This document shows positions 38,735 through 48,922 of a DNA stretch of 64,000 nucleotides, piece by piece (within the stretch, counting starts at the first letter, position 1; every line of letters starts with the position of its first letter). The position numbers and the translations under genes are program-made. This DNA is from an uncultured Clostridia bacterium (GTDB lineage Bacteria > Bacillota > Clostridia > Christensenellales > Borkfalkiaceae): positions 48,981 through 112,980 of the forward strand of contig CASESJ010000004.1 of assembly GCA_949290575.1 (NCBI GenBank), in the 5' to 3' direction. The notes beneath the pieces were generated by a model that saw only the letters and a program-made list of their open reading frames with translations, had not been told where the DNA came from and did not search any database.

Positions 38735-39723
38735 TTATGAAATACATTGATTGGCGGGACGAACTTGAACGTTTTCTCATTGACGTGAGCGCGGAAGAAC
38801 GCAAGCGCGTGCTTGACTATTACAGCGAGATGTATGCCGACAAGCGCGACGCGGGCTACAGCGAGGATGAAGCGGTAGCCGAGTTCGGCGCGCCCTACGA
38901 TGCGGCGAGAAAAATTCTGGACGAAGAGAGAGAAGACGAAAAGGGCGCGGAGAACAAAAAGTCGGACAAGAGGGAAAAAGATGACGCCGAAGAGAACAAG
39001 ACGCTCACCTTCATATCGGAGGGCAGCGTGGACTGTATAAGGCTCGAATGTGCGGTAGGCAAGGCATATATGCGGTTCTATGACGGCGACAAGGTAAAAG
39101 TTGAATACCCCTCCACCTCTCTGCTTGCCTACACGGTAGACCAGAAAGGCGGCTGCATAAACATAAAGTGCAAGGCAAACATAAAGACCTTCACGCTCAA
39201 GAGCAAGAAAGTGCCCGACATAATTATAGATATGCCGCGCGGTCTCACCGCCGACTGCGAGATTAATATTTCTGCGGGTAAGCTCTGCCTTGAGAGCGGA
39301 GAATACGGCAACATCGTGGGCGAGATAAGCGCGAGCTCCGTCGATATGCGCGAGATAACCTGCTCGGACATGAGGCTCAACCTCGACGCAGGCGCGCTGA
39401 CCGCAGGCAGCATCATCTGCCACAGGTTCGAGGCGGAAGTCAACGCGGGCAAGATGGAAATTGCCGAAGTCTGCGGAAGCGATGCAAAACTCAGCGTCAA
39501 CGCAGGCAAAGCGACGGTAAACTCCTTCGACTGCCGCCGCACCTCCGTGGACGTGAGCGCGGGCGCGGCGAGCATTACAATGTTCGGCAGAAAGGAAGAT
39601 TTCGACATAGACATAACCAAAACGCTCGGCTCGTGCAATATAAAATCGAGCGGTTCGGACAGCGAAAAGAGCCTTACGGCACGCGTGAACTTCGGCTCGC
39701 TGTCGGTAACATTCTCAAAATAA
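38731..39723 (+). CDS. PadR-associated DUF1700-like N-terminal domain plus DUF4097-like beta-helical domain protein
   Basis: The N-terminus (ELERFLIDVSAEERKRVLDYYSEMY) is typical of PadR partners. Repetitive beta-strand C-terminus. 4-nt overlap with padR. Confidence 0.7.
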   Translation: MIMKYIDWRDELERFLIDVSAEERKRVLDYYSEMYADKRDAGYSEDEAVAEFGAPYDAARKILDEEREDEKGAENKKSDKREKDDAEENKTLTFISEGSVDCIRLECAVGKAYMRFYDGDKVKVEYPSTSLLAYTVDQKGGCINIKCKANIKTFTLKSKKVPDIIIDMPRGLTADCEINISAGKLCLESGEYGNIVGEISASSVDMREITCSDMRLNLDAGALTAGSIICHRFEAEVNAGKMEIAEVCGSDAKLSVNAGKATVNSFDCRRTSVDVSAGAASITMFGRKEDFDIDITKTLGSCNIKSSGSDSEKSLTARVNFGSLSVTFSK

Positions 39724-39916
39724 TAATTGCCACCTCCATAAAAGCCCCGCCCGCCGCACATGCGGCGGGCGGGGCTATTTTATCAGAAACCTGTCACCTC
39801 ACGATAAATTGCAAAGCCCCGCCGCTATTGCGGCGGGGCTTTGCAAATGCGCCTCACTCCTTCCGACGCGTTGACTTACAGCGCATAAGATGATAAAATG
39901 CAGTAAAGAACATTGA

Positions 39917-40750
39917 GTGGTGCACAAGATGAAATTCGATTACGACGCACAATATTTCAATCCCCGCGACGTGCTTGAGTGCGGACAGGTATTCCGTTTC
40001 TATCCCTTTGAAGAGGGTTACAGGGTATTTTCCGCGGATAAGGAATGTTATCTGCACAGCGACGGCATAAAGACCGTCGTCGAGAGCGAGGATACAGACT
40101 ATTTTTATGACTACTTCGACCTTGCGCGCGACTACTCGCGCATAATTTCAGCCGCCCGCGCGTTCGGCGTAAAGGTGCTCGACGAGGCGTGCGACAAAGC
40201 TGCGGGACTGCGACTTTTAAATCAGGACAAGGAGGAAATGATATTTTCCTTTATTATTTCGCAGAATAACAATATACCCCGCATAAAGGGCATTATCTCG
40301 CGCATATGCGAGGGGCTGGGGCAGAAAACGGAAAACCCGAGGGGCGCGTATTACACCTTTCCCTCCGCCTCCGCTCTCGCCTCAAGAGAGGCAGATTATT
40401 ACAAATCTTTAGGCGCAGGCTACCGCGACGCTTTTATCTGCGACACCGCGCGGCGCATAGCCGACGAGGGCATTTCAAAACTTTTTAACCTTTCGGACGA
40501 GGATTTGAGACGCGAACTTTTGAGCTACCGCGGAATAGGTCCGAAGGTCGCCGACTGCATAAGTCTGTTCGGCTTCGGCAGGAGGGCGTGCTTCCCCGTG
40601 GATACGTGGATAGAAAAACTCTACCTTGAGGACTTCGGCGGACAACCCGCCGACAGAAAGAAGATAAACGCGTACTTTATGCAGATGTTCGGCGAGTATT
40701 CGGGATACATACAACAGTATTTATTTTACGCCAAAAGGTCAAACTTGTAA
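39917..40750 (+). CDS. HhH-GPD DNA glycosylase (Ogg/AlkA-like); alternative start ATG 39929
   Basis: LLSYRGIGPKVADCISLFGFG...FPVDTWI helix-hairpin-helix and catalytic Asp region. Confidence 0.8.
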   Translation: MVHKMKFDYDAQYFNPRDVLECGQVFRFYPFEEGYRVFSADKECYLHSDGIKTVVESEDTDYFYDYFDLARDYSRIISAARAFGVKVLDEACDKAAGLRLLNQDKEEMIFSFIISQNNNIPRIKGIISRICEGLGQKTENPRGAYYTFPSASALASREADYYKSLGAGYRDAFICDTARRIADEGISKLFNLSDEDLRRELLSYRGIGPKVADCISLFGFGRRACFPVDTWIEKLYLEDFGGQPADRKKINAYFMQMFGEYSGYIQQYLFYAKRSNL

Positions 40751-40751
40751 T

Positions 40752-41453
40752 ATGCCCGACTATTTCACTCACGCGATACTTGCCGATTATATCTACGAAA
40801 AACTGCCCAAGTCCTACAGGGAACGCATAACAGATAAAAAACTCTATGCCGTCGGCGCGCAGGGCGGCGACGTATTCTTCTTTTACCGCGCAGATTTCTC
40901 GACTGCAAACGAAGGCAAAAAACTGCACCGCATGCAGCCCGAGCAGCTCTTTTCCGCTCTCTGTAACGTTCAGCCGTCGTATGCCGCAGGCTTTGCCGCG
41001 CATTACGCGCTCGACTGCACCATTCACCCCGCAGTTTATTCCTTTCAGGAGGGCAAAAGCTCCCCTCTCGCCCACGTCAACTTCGAAAAAGACCTGGGAC
41101 TTTACGTCTCGCGCAGGTTCTCAACCCCGCGCAAAATCATGCCCAGAGAGGACGTGACAAGCACCGCTTTTGCCGTATATGACGCAATTAACGCCGTCAA
41201 CGGCGAGCTCACGCTTACGGGCACGGAGCGGTGTCTTAAAAGGTTTTTCGCCTACTCCAGAGCCGTCTACGCAAAAAAACGCCAGCACTACAAGTACGAA
41301 TACGACTACTCAAAGCTCAATCCGCTCATTGACAACTCCGTGGAATTGGGAATAAGAGCCGTATGCTGCGTGCTCGACAAGCAGATAGACGGCGAAGTCT
41401 TTTCCCGCCCCTTCCTCTGCAAAGACCCCTCCCCCGAAGAACAGAACAGCTGA
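40752..41453 (+). CDS. Zinc-dependent phospholipase C-like family protein (tentative)
   Basis: MPDYFTHAIL N-terminus and scattered His residues. Family recalled from memory. Confidence 0.4.
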   Translation: MPDYFTHAILADYIYEKLPKSYRERITDKKLYAVGAQGGDVFFFYRADFSTANEGKKLHRMQPEQLFSALCNVQPSYAAGFAAHYALDCTIHPAVYSFQEGKSSPLAHVNFEKDLGLYVSRRFSTPRKIMPREDVTSTAFAVYDAINAVNGELTLTGTERCLKRFFAYSRAVYAKKRQHYKYEYDYSKLNPLIDNSVELGIRAVCCVLDKQIDGEVFSRPFLCKDPSPEEQNS

Positions 41454-41560
41454 CCGTCTGACGTCGGACAGCAGAGGCACATAAAAAATCTGACGCCCGC
41501 GCACGAAAATTCGTGCGCGGGCGTATTATGTAATTACCGCAGTGCAGAGCAGGCACGCGT

Positions 41561-42355
41561 TCAGTCAAAGACTTTGTCGGTATAATTTCTGCTGCACATC
41601 AGCTCATAGAGTTCGTCCTGCGAAATTTCCCTGCCGCTCGAGGCGCACTTTAAAATGAGGTAACGCCTGTCGTCGAGATAGCGAAGAGCCTGCCTGAACG
41701 TGAGTTCGTCGCCGACGAGCACGCACTTCACCTCCACCCCGCGTCTGAGCGCGGCGGGCGAGGAAAAATTTATGCGGACGGCGGGCGCGCTCTTTTCGAA
41801 GGCGGCACAGAGCAGAAAGAGCGAAAAAAAGATGTAAGTTATGTTATATCCGCTCAGAAAGAACATCACAAACAGCGCGGCGGAGATGAGCCCGTTCACA
41901 ATTCGCAGCGTGATATCCGCCGCCCTTTGGGAAAAAAGGCGGGCAAGCACGCACCTTGCCACTCTGCCTCCGTCTAAAGGATAGGCGGGCAGAAGATTGA
42001 CGACGAGCATGGCGAGCGACGCCGTCATTATGGCGTCGGTATAGGCATACGTCTGGGGAAAAAACCACCAAAGTCCAGCGGTTGCGACGCAGATTGCCCC
42101 GTTGACAGCCGGACCTGCAAGGGCGAGAGCGATTTCGTCCCGCACGGTTATGCCGTCTATTTCGCACACCGCCGCCGCGCCGTAGGGCATGAGCTTTATG
42201 CGCGTGCACCTGTAGCCCATTTTCGCCGCGCAAAAAGCATGACCGCACTCGTGCAGGAGGGCGGTCAGGGCAAAGATTATGCTGATGAAAAATCCGCCGA
42301 AGAATGCGCAGAAAATTATGACTGCGAAGAACAGCGGATGTACGCTTATTTTCAC
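41561..42355 (-). CDS. spoIVFB: Site-2 (M50) metalloprotease, SpoIVFB-like
   Basis: LLHECGHAF (HExxH) and NLLPAYPLDGGR. The GTG start overlaps the upstream stop (GTGA), and the longer ORF-track extension is rejected. Confidence 0.85.
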   Translation of the reverse strand: MKISVHPLFFAVIIFCAFFGGFFISIIFALTALLHECGHAFCAAKMGYRCTRIKLMPYGAAAVCEIDGITVRDEIALALAGPAVNGAICVATAGLWWFFPQTYAYTDAIMTASLAMLVVNLLPAYPLDGGRVARCVLARLFSQRAADITLRIVNGLISAALFVMFFLSGYNITYIFFSLFLLCAAFEKSAPAVRINFSSPAALRRGVEVKCVLVGDELTFRQALRYLDDRRYLILKCASSGREISQDELYELMCSRNYTDKVFD

Positions 42356-43122
42356 GAATTCCAGACGGGTACCGCGCCCGACAGAGTGTAACCGCTTAAA
42401 AGCGTCTGTCCGTCGTACATGCTTACGCGCACTTCGCTCTGTCCGTCGGAATAGGCGAAGGGTATGTTGGCTCTGACCTCGTCGCCCGCCGAGCAATACA
42501 CCTCGCTGAGCCCCGTGAACACGCTGGAAAAACTTGAAGTGTGCTCGATAGTCACGGTGTAAAGTCCGTCCGCGGATGTGACCGAGGCTATCTTCCCTTC
42601 GCACACGGGATAGACAGCCGTCTGGTCGGTAAAGCACAGCACGCCGCCGTCGGTTACGGTAACTTCCGCGTCCGAGAGCGCGCTGACCACAGGCGAGAGC
42701 GTGAAATCGTAATATTCCGCCTCCTCCGACGCAGTCTGGCTGAAGCCCGACACGAGATTATTTATCGCCGTGTTGTCGACGAGCGTATTTGTCACGAATA
42801 TGCCGCCCGCGAGCAGACATGCCGCCACCGCCTCGGCTATGAGAATGGTGTTGACGCCGTCGCGCTTTTTCGTCACCTTAATCTGCGGCTCGTTGAGATT
42901 TTCCGTCTGTATGAAATCGGCTCTCGGCGAGTATTCCTGCTCGTCTTCCAGCCTGCTGTTTACGCTTTCGAGGACGTCTTCTTTAAGGTCCTCTTTTTCC
43001 TGACCTTTGCGCCTGAAAAGGCTCTTCTTTTTTACTACATTGACCGTATTTACGGGTATTTCGAGCATTTCGGCGTATTCCAGATTATCCATATCTGCCT
43101 CCATCTTTGAGCTATACTCCAT
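42352..43122 (-). CDS. spoIVFA: SpoIVFA-like protein (TM anchor plus degenerate LytM/M23-like C-terminal domain)
   Basis: Single TM helix and a C-terminal beta-rich domain, translationally coupled to the S2P protease. Confidence 0.6.
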   Translation of the reverse strand: MEYSSKMEADMDNLEYAEMLEIPVNTVNVVKKKSLFRRKGQEKEDLKEDVLESVNSRLEDEQEYSPRADFIQTENLNEPQIKVTKKRDGVNTILIAEAVAACLLAGGIFVTNTLVDNTAINNLVSGFSQTASEEAEYYDFTLSPVVSALSDAEVTVTDGGVLCFTDQTAVYPVCEGKIASVTSADGLYTVTIEHTSSFSSVFTGLSEVYCSAGDEVRANIPFAYSDGQSEVRVSMYDGQTLLSGYTLSGAVPVWNS

Positions 43123-43343
43123 TATACGTCGGGGACAAACCGATTAGAACAATAAATAATCGCTCTTGCATTTTGCGACAAATTAAGACTTTTTTTGCCC
43201 CGCCGCCGCGCTCCTGTCAGGTAAAAATGCAGGCAAAACAGCCGCGCCCTGCTTTTTCCTGACAGGAAAAAGCGGGGCTTTAATTATATACATTATTAAA
43301 TAAATGCTCGTCAGAGCTACGGCGCGCCCTGAGACAGAGGCAA

Positions 43344-44189
43344 TCACTTGCCCGGGTTTATAAATTGTAAAAGTTTTTCCGAAAGCGCGGCGAACTGCTC
43401 GGGCGAGAGCTTTTCGCCGCGCGTCATTACGTCAATTCCGCAGTCGGCGAGGACCTCGCGGACCTGCTCGCGGGAGAGCGAAAACTCCTTGCAGAGATTG
43501 TTTTCGAGCGTCTTTCTGCGCGATGAAAAAGCCGCGCGCACTACGCGCTTGTACATGCTCTCGTCCGCAACGCCCAGTCTGCCGCGTTCGAAGTCTATGC
43601 GCACGACCGCGCTGTCGACATTGGGCGAGGGGAAGAATTTTTCCCTGCCGACGCGCATCACCTTGCTGCAGGTCGCGCACAGCGCGACGGACGCGGTGAT
43701 TGCTCCGTATTCTGGCGTGCCGGCAGCCGCGCACAGCCTGTCGGCTACCTCCTCCTGCACCATTACCGTCATCGAAAGGCACTTCTGCGAGTGCTCGGCT
43801 ATCATCATTATGAGGGGCGTGGTGATATAGTAAGGCAGGTTGGCGACCACTCTGTAGGGCGGCATATCCCTTTCAATCTCGTCGAGACGAAGCTTTAAGA
43901 AGTCGGCAAAGATTACTTCGGCATTGTCCGTGCCTGCAAGCGTGCGCGCGAGCACGGGGCGCAGACTTCTGTCTATTTCATAGCCGCGCACAAACTGCGC
44001 TCTGCGCGCGAGAGCGCGCGTAAGCGTGCCCGCGCCGCAGCCTATTTCGACGACGAAACACCCCTCCGCGCCCGAGCCTTCGACTATTTTATCCAGCAGT
44101 CCGTCGTCGGTTATGAAGTTCTGGCCGAACTGCTTTTTGAATGAAAAGCCGCACTCCGAGAGCACGCTCTTTACGTTTTTATCATCCAT
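43344..44189 (-). CDS. rsmA: 16S rRNA (adenine1518/1519-N6)-dimethyltransferase
   Basis: FGQNFI, VVEIGCGAGTLT, VVANLPYYITTP. Confidence 0.95.
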   Translation of the reverse strand: MDDKNVKSVLSECGFSFKKQFGQNFITDDGLLDKIVEGSGAEGCFVVEIGCGAGTLTRALARRAQFVRGYEIDRSLRPVLARTLAGTDNAEVIFADFLKLRLDEIERDMPPYRVVANLPYYITTPLIMMIAEHSQKCLSMTVMVQEEVADRLCAAAGTPEYGAITASVALCATCSKVMRVGREKFFPSPNVDSAVVRIDFERGRLGVADESMYKRVVRAAFSSRRKTLENNLCKEFSLSREQVREVLADCGIDVMTRGEKLSPEQFAALSEKLLQFINPGK

Positions 44190-44321
44190 AATTTACCTGC
44201 CGCGCGCAGACATAACTTTTGCGCGCATTAAAGATAATAATATTGTGAACGCGGGCAACCCCCGCCTTCGCCTCACAAAAGATAAAGGGGGCGGCAGACG
44301 CGAAGTCTGCCGCCCCGCTCT

Positions 44322-45101
44322 TTATCTCGCTTTTATTCTGGGGAATAACTTCAGAGCATTATCCCTGATAATTCTGCACATTTCACCCTCTTCAAGCCCC
44401 TTTATCTGCGCCATAGACGCGGTTATCTCGGGGATATTTGCGGGGGTATTGGGAAATTGTCCGTGTTTCGACGACGGGGCGAGATAGGGACTGTCCGTCT
44501 CGGTGAGCAGCCGCTCCGCGGGCACAGCCTCGATTGCGCGCCTCGGTTTTTTGCTCTTGCGGTAAGTTGAAGTGCCGCCGAACGAGAAGTACGCGCCCAT
44601 TCGCGCAAATTCCTGCGCCATTTCGGGCGAGTGGGAATAGCAATGCAGCAGCGCGCCGCTTGCGAACACATAAGCGTGCGAAGAAAGAAACTCCGCCATA
44701 TCCGCGGCGCAATCGCGCGAATGTATCTGCACGGGCATACCGAGGTCCGACGCAAGCTGCGTCTGCGCCTCAAAGAATGCAAACTGCCTGACCTTGTCCG
44801 TGTCGGGATAGTGATAGTCCAACCCGATTTCGCCGAGAGCGACGCACTTGGGGTGCGCGCACAGCTCCTCCACCCTCTTCAGATCGGAGAGCTCGTATCC
44901 TTTCAGTTCCGTGGGGTGCAGTCCCGCCGTAAAAAATACATTTTTGTACCTTTCGGCGAGCTTCATGCCCTCTTCGGAGGAGGGAATGTCGAACCCTGCC
45001 GTGATTATCAGGTCAACGCCGCTTAAAAGGCAGCTTTCGATAAGTTCGTCCGTATCTCCGTAGTCTTTGAAGTTGATATGACAATGTACGTCGGTGTACA
45101 T
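44322..45101 (-). CDS. tatD: TatD-family metal-dependent hydrolase
   Basis: MYTDVHCHINF start, with His and Asp ligands along the TIM barrel. Start trimmed to abut the metG stop. Confidence 0.85.
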   Translation of the reverse strand: MYTDVHCHINFKDYGDTDELIESCLLSGVDLIITAGFDIPSSEEGMKLAERYKNVFFTAGLHPTELKGYELSDLKRVEELCAHPKCVALGEIGLDYHYPDTDKVRQFAFFEAQTQLASDLGMPVQIHSRDCAADMAEFLSSHAYVFASGALLHCYSHSPEMAQEFARMGAYFSFGGTSTYRKSKKPRRAIEAVPAERLLTETDSPYLAPSSKHGQFPNTPANIPEITASMAQIKGLEEGEMCRIIRDNALKLFPRIKAR

Positions 45102-45102
45102 A

Positions 45103-47100
45103 TCAGGAAAGCACGCTGCCGTCGGGCAGATCCTTTTCGGGGCAGACGAGAGAGAGCGTTCCGTCGGGCGCTTCGGCACAGATAATCATGCCCTCGCTGA
45201 CAAGCCCCTTCATCTGTCTGGGCGGAAGATTGGTGACGACAATCACCCTCTTGCCGACCATCTCTTCTGCGGTGTAATGCGCCGCAATGCCCGAAAGCAC
45301 GGATATTGTCCTGCTGCCGATATTTACAGTCTCGTGCAGAAGTTTGCTCTTTTTGACCGCCTCGCACGCAACTACCGTGCCGACCTGCATTCTGACCTTT
45401 GCGAAGTCGTCTATAGTTATGGGTGCGACTTCGGGCTCTTCCTTTGCAGGGGCAGCCTCGGCTTTCTGCTTTTGCTCTATCTGTTTTACTATGGGTGCGA
45501 TATCCTCGCTCTTAAGCCTTGCAAAGAGCTGTTCGGGCGCATTGGTTACGCAATATTGTGCCACCAATCCGAATTTATCGAGGTCCTTGAAGTCCCTGCG
45601 CTTACCGCCCGTTTCGGCAAGAATTTTATCCGAAGTCGAGGGCATGAAGGGCTTGAGAAGGTTTGCACCCACATTGATTGCCTCGAGGAGGTTATACAAA
45701 ACGCGCTCGAGACGCGCACGCTTTTCTTCCTGCTTTGCAAGCACCCAGGGCGTCGTTTCATCGATATATTTGTTTGCCCTGCGGAAGAGCTGCCACAGCT
45801 CGTCGAGGGCGTCGGCAACCTTATACTCGTCCATCTTCGCCGCAACTTTATCGCGTATGCCGCAGACGAAGCTTTCAAGTTCGCCGTCCACCTCTTCGCA
45901 CGCGTCAGCCTTTGCAACCTTGCCTCCGAAGTACTGATTTGCCATCGAAACCGTGCGCTTTACGAGGTTGCCTAAAGTGTTTGCAAGGTCGGAATTGTGC
46001 CTGTCCGTCATCAGCTCCCACGTGATTATTCCGTCGTTGAGGTAGGGCATTTCGTGCAGCACGAAATATCTTACGCTGTCCACGCCGTAGACCGAGGCGA
46101 GGTCGTCGGCATACATGACGTTGCCCTTTGACTTGGACATCTTGTCCCCGCCCTGCAGAAGCCAGGGGTGACCGAAGACCTTTTCGGGCAGGTCAATGCC
46201 CAGAGCCATAAGGAATATCGGCCAGTAGATTGTATGGAAACGTATTATATCCTTGCCTATGACGTGCACGTCGGCAGGCCAGTATTTTTTAAATTTCTCG
46301 TCGGGATTTTCCCCGTCGAAACCTATGCCTGTTATATAGTTAGTCAGCGCGTCCAGCCATACATATACGACGTGACGGCTGTCGAAGTCGACGGGAATGC
46401 CCCACTTGAACGAGGTGCGCGATACGCACAAATCCTGCAATTTGGTCTTTAAAGTGCCGTTCTCTGCGGCGGCAAGAATTTCCTCGTCGCTCTTGCCGAT
46501 AAACTCGTCGGCGAGCAGGAAGTTATTCATCATCTCGTTCTTTCTCGCCACGGGCTGTATGAACCCGGGGTGAGTGACTATGTGCTTTACAAGTCTGTCG
46601 GCATACTTGCCCATCTTGAAGAAGTACGCCTCCTCCTCTGCGGGCTTGACTTCTCTGCCGCAGTCGGGGCATTTGCCGTTTATAAGCTGACTTTCCGTCC
46701 AGAAGCTCTCGCAGGGCGTGCAGTACAAGCCCTTATACGAGCCCTTGTAGATATCGCCGTTGCGATAGAACTGTTTGAAAATCTTCTGAACCTGCGCGCA
46801 ATGATAGTCGTCCGTGGTGCGTATGAATTTATCATACGAGGTATCCATCATATCCCATATGCGCTTTATCTCCGCGGCGACATCGTCGACGAACTGCTTG
46901 GGGGTTACGCCCTTTTCGGCAGCTTTGAGCTCGACTTTCTGTCCGTGCTCGTCCGTGCCGGTCATAAAATACACGTCATAGCCCTGCATTCTCTTCATGC
47001 GGGCGATAGCGTCGGATAAAATTATTTCGTAGGTGTTGCCTATGTGAGGCTTGCCCGAGGTGTAAGTTATAGCCGTAGTGATATAAAATTTCTCCGCCAT
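45103..47100 (-). CDS. metG: Methionine--tRNA ligase with C-terminal tRNA-binding domain
   Basis: KPHIGNTYE (HIGH), KMSKSKGN (KMSKS), zinc knuckle CPDCG. Confidence 0.95.
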   Translation of the reverse strand: MAEKFYITTAITYTSGKPHIGNTYEIILSDAIARMKRMQGYDVYFMTGTDEHGQKVELKAAEKGVTPKQFVDDVAAEIKRIWDMMDTSYDKFIRTTDDYHCAQVQKIFKQFYRNGDIYKGSYKGLYCTPCESFWTESQLINGKCPDCGREVKPAEEEAYFFKMGKYADRLVKHIVTHPGFIQPVARKNEMMNNFLLADEFIGKSDEEILAAAENGTLKTKLQDLCVSRTSFKWGIPVDFDSRHVVYVWLDALTNYITGIGFDGENPDEKFKKYWPADVHVIGKDIIRFHTIYWPIFLMALGIDLPEKVFGHPWLLQGGDKMSKSKGNVMYADDLASVYGVDSVRYFVLHEMPYLNDGIITWELMTDRHNSDLANTLGNLVKRTVSMANQYFGGKVAKADACEEVDGELESFVCGIRDKVAAKMDEYKVADALDELWQLFRRANKYIDETTPWVLAKQEEKRARLERVLYNLLEAINVGANLLKPFMPSTSDKILAETGGKRRDFKDLDKFGLVAQYCVTNAPEQLFARLKSEDIAPIVKQIEQKQKAEAAPAKEEPEVAPITIDDFAKVRMQVGTVVACEAVKKSKLLHETVNIGSRTISVLSGIAAHYTAEEMVGKRVIVVTNLPPRQMKGLVSEGMIICAEAPDGTLSLVCPEKDLPDGSVLS

Positions 47101-47225
47101 AGAGCGTGCTCCTTGAGTGCGCGGCGCGAAACCGCAGTTTTTTTCCTTTAAAATATACCATATTTTAACTCAAAAGTAAATTGATTAAAGGCATATTCGG
47201 GCGCGCGAAAAAATAATAATAAGCA

Positions 47226-47777
47226 ATGAATGCAATTTTTACGGCAATTTTTATAGCTTCGGGCATAATTTTATGTCTGACCGCGCCAGACAAATTCATC
47301 CCCGCTCTGCTTGACGGCGGCAAACAGGCGGCGAGCGCATTTTTAACGCTTTTGTGCATATACGCCGTATGGACGGGACTTTCCCGCCTCTCCGAAGACG
47401 CGCATATCAACAGCGTGATAGCTAAAAAAATGCAGCCGCTGTGCCGCAGAATTTTCAGAACGAAAAGTAAAGCGGGCGGGCAGGATATAGCTATGAACCT
47501 GACCTGCAACCTACTGGGTCTGGGCGGCGCGGCTACGCCTTACGGCGTAAAAGCCATGTCGGAGCTCGACAAAGAGGGCAACAACTTCGGCAGAAATCTT
47601 CTGTTTATCATAAATGCGACTTCCATACAGATAGTGCCCTCGACCGTCATCGCGCTGAGGGCGTCGTACGGCAGCGCGGCGGCGGCAGATATATTTTTGC
47701 CCTCGCTCATTGCCACCACCGTCTGCACGGGCGTGGCTGTAACCCTCTACCTGCTGGCGGAAAAGATATGGCACTGA
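47226..47777 (+). CDS. spmA: Spore maturation protein A (nucleoside-recognition domain membrane protein)
   Basis: Gate-domain pattern, paired with and overlapping spmB. Confidence 0.8.
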   Translation: MNAIFTAIFIASGIILCLTAPDKFIPALLDGGKQAASAFLTLLCIYAVWTGLSRLSEDAHINSVIAKKMQPLCRRIFRTKSKAGGQDIAMNLTCNLLGLGGAATPYGVKAMSELDKEGNNFGRNLLFIINATSIQIVPSTVIALRASYGSAAAADIFLPSLIATTVCTGVAVTLYLLAEKIWH

Positions 47778-48271
47778 TTATCCCCGTAATTTTTGTGATA
47801 ATAATTATTGTCGCCGTCGCAAAGAAGGTAAACGTGTTTTCCTCCTTCTGCGCAGGCGCGGAGGAGGGAATGAAGTTCGCACTCTCCCTTCTGCCGCTAC
47901 TCGCCTGCGTATTCATGATGTGCAACCTGTTTGAAATTTCGGGAATTTCCGCCGCGCTTACCAAGGCATTGAGCCCCGTAACGGGCGCGCTGGGCATTCC
48001 CGAAGAGCTTACAAAACTCATGCTCATAAAGCCCTTTTCGGGAAGCGGCTCTTTGACCCTTCTTACAGAAATACTCGAAAAATACGGCTCAGACAGCTAC
48101 ATATCGCGCTGCGCCTGCACAATTTACGCCTCGAGCGAGACGGTATTCTACGTATTCGCAGTGTATTTTGCAAAGAGCAGACGCCGCCCGCCCGCGCTTC
48201 CGCTTGCCATAGTGCTGCTCTCGGCATTTTTGAGCACCGTAATCTCCTGCCTTTTGTGCAGGTTTATGTGA
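47768..48271 (+). CDS. spmB: Spore maturation protein B
   Basis: SpmB-like membrane protein with a 10-nt overlap with spmA. Confidence 0.8.
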   Translation: MALIIPVIFVIIIIVAVAKKVNVFSSFCAGAEEGMKFALSLLPLLACVFMMCNLFEISGISAALTKALSPVTGALGIPEELTKLMLIKPFSGSGSLTLLTEILEKYGSDSYISRCACTIYASSETVFYVFAVYFAKSRRRPPALPLAIVLLSAFLSTVISCLLCRFM

Positions 48272-48528
48272 TACTCAGGCAAAATGGCAATTTTATGCTC
48301 TGAAATGTGAATGTCGTCCGTATCGGTAAAATGAGCCCGAATTCATATAAAACAGCGAAAAAGTGCCGCCATAGCCCGCTAAAAAAGCACCTGAGCCGCC
48401 GCAAGAGCGACAAAAATGCCGCAAATGACAAATGTTGAAGTCTGAGCAAAGCGAAATTTGTTATGCTTTTTCAAAATTTGAGTGCTATTAAAATTAAACG
48501 CGCAAATCAAAATTTTTCGACAAATTAA

Positions 48529-48556
48529 TTTACTTTCGCGCAAATAAATATATAAT
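48529..48556 (+). promoter_or_regulatory. Candidate promoter of a small RNA (TTTACT-16-TATAAT)
   Basis: TTTACT 48529-48534 and TATAAT 48551-48556. Confidence 0.35.
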
Positions 48557-48562
48557 TGTTAA

Positions 48563-48678
48563 TGTAATCGGTTGCGGACAGCCGCAACGTTACAGATCTT
48601 GCTCATCATTTTCCCCCTTATCATATAGAAGTGACACAAGCTCAGGCTTGTGTCATTTCTTTTATGTTTTTATTTTTT
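48563..48678 (+). ncRNA. Candidate ~100-nt sRNA: 5' hairpin, unpaired UUUUCCCCCUUAUC, and an intrinsic terminator
   Basis: 5' hairpin TGTAA..GTTGCGG/CCGCAAC..TTACA at 48563-48595. C-rich stretch at 48609-48622. Terminator TGACACAAGC/GCTTGTGTCA at 48632-48655 followed by a long T-rich tail. No credible ORF. Confidence 0.3.
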
Positions 48679-48842
48679 CGTTCATACGGCTTAAGCCCCA
48701 AAAAACAGCACTCGTCTGGACACGGAAGAAGTTTTTTGACGAAGTCCGCCCTCACCGCTCCGAAAAAGTGCGACGGGATTAAATGTGTCAAGCATGAACA
48801 GCTGCGCACCTGTGCATATTTACATAATTAAATATGATTTTT

Positions 48843-48910
48843 TGTATTAATTGTATTGACAAAACATTATTTTAGGTATATAGTTAATACAATAAATACA
48901 GTTAATACAA
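48843..48910 (+). promoter_or_regulatory. gntR promoter (TTGACA-17-TATAGT) flanked by TGTATTAA / TTAATACA boxes
   Basis: TTGACA 48856-48861 and TATAGT 48879-48884. GTTAATACAA is repeated at 48883 and 48901, with the inverted copy TGTATTAA at 48843. Confidence 0.55.
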
Positions 48911-48922
48911 AAGGAAATCAAT

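Noticed and set aside
38710-39423. 237-aa minus-strand ORF opposite the DUF1700/DUF4097 gene
   Set aside because: It is an antisense shadow ORF. The plus-strand gene is translationally coupled to padR.
41561-42637. The long (358-aa) version of the S2P protease ORF
   Set aside because: The N-terminal 93 aa overlap the 3' end of the upstream spoIVFA-like gene in another frame and are Arg-rich. A GTG at 42355 gives the canonical membrane start.
45094-45975. 293-aa plus-strand ORF inside metG
   Set aside because: It is antisense to an unambiguous metG and has a low-complexity Arg/Leu-rich translation.
47101-47225. Looked for a T-box leader upstream of metG
   Set aside because: The intergenic region is too short (~125 nt, shared with divergent spmA) and lacks the T-box sequence.
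48631-48831. 66-aa plus-strand ORF between spmB and gntR
   Set aside because: It starts with GTG inside a terminator stem, has no RBS and gives an implausible peptide.
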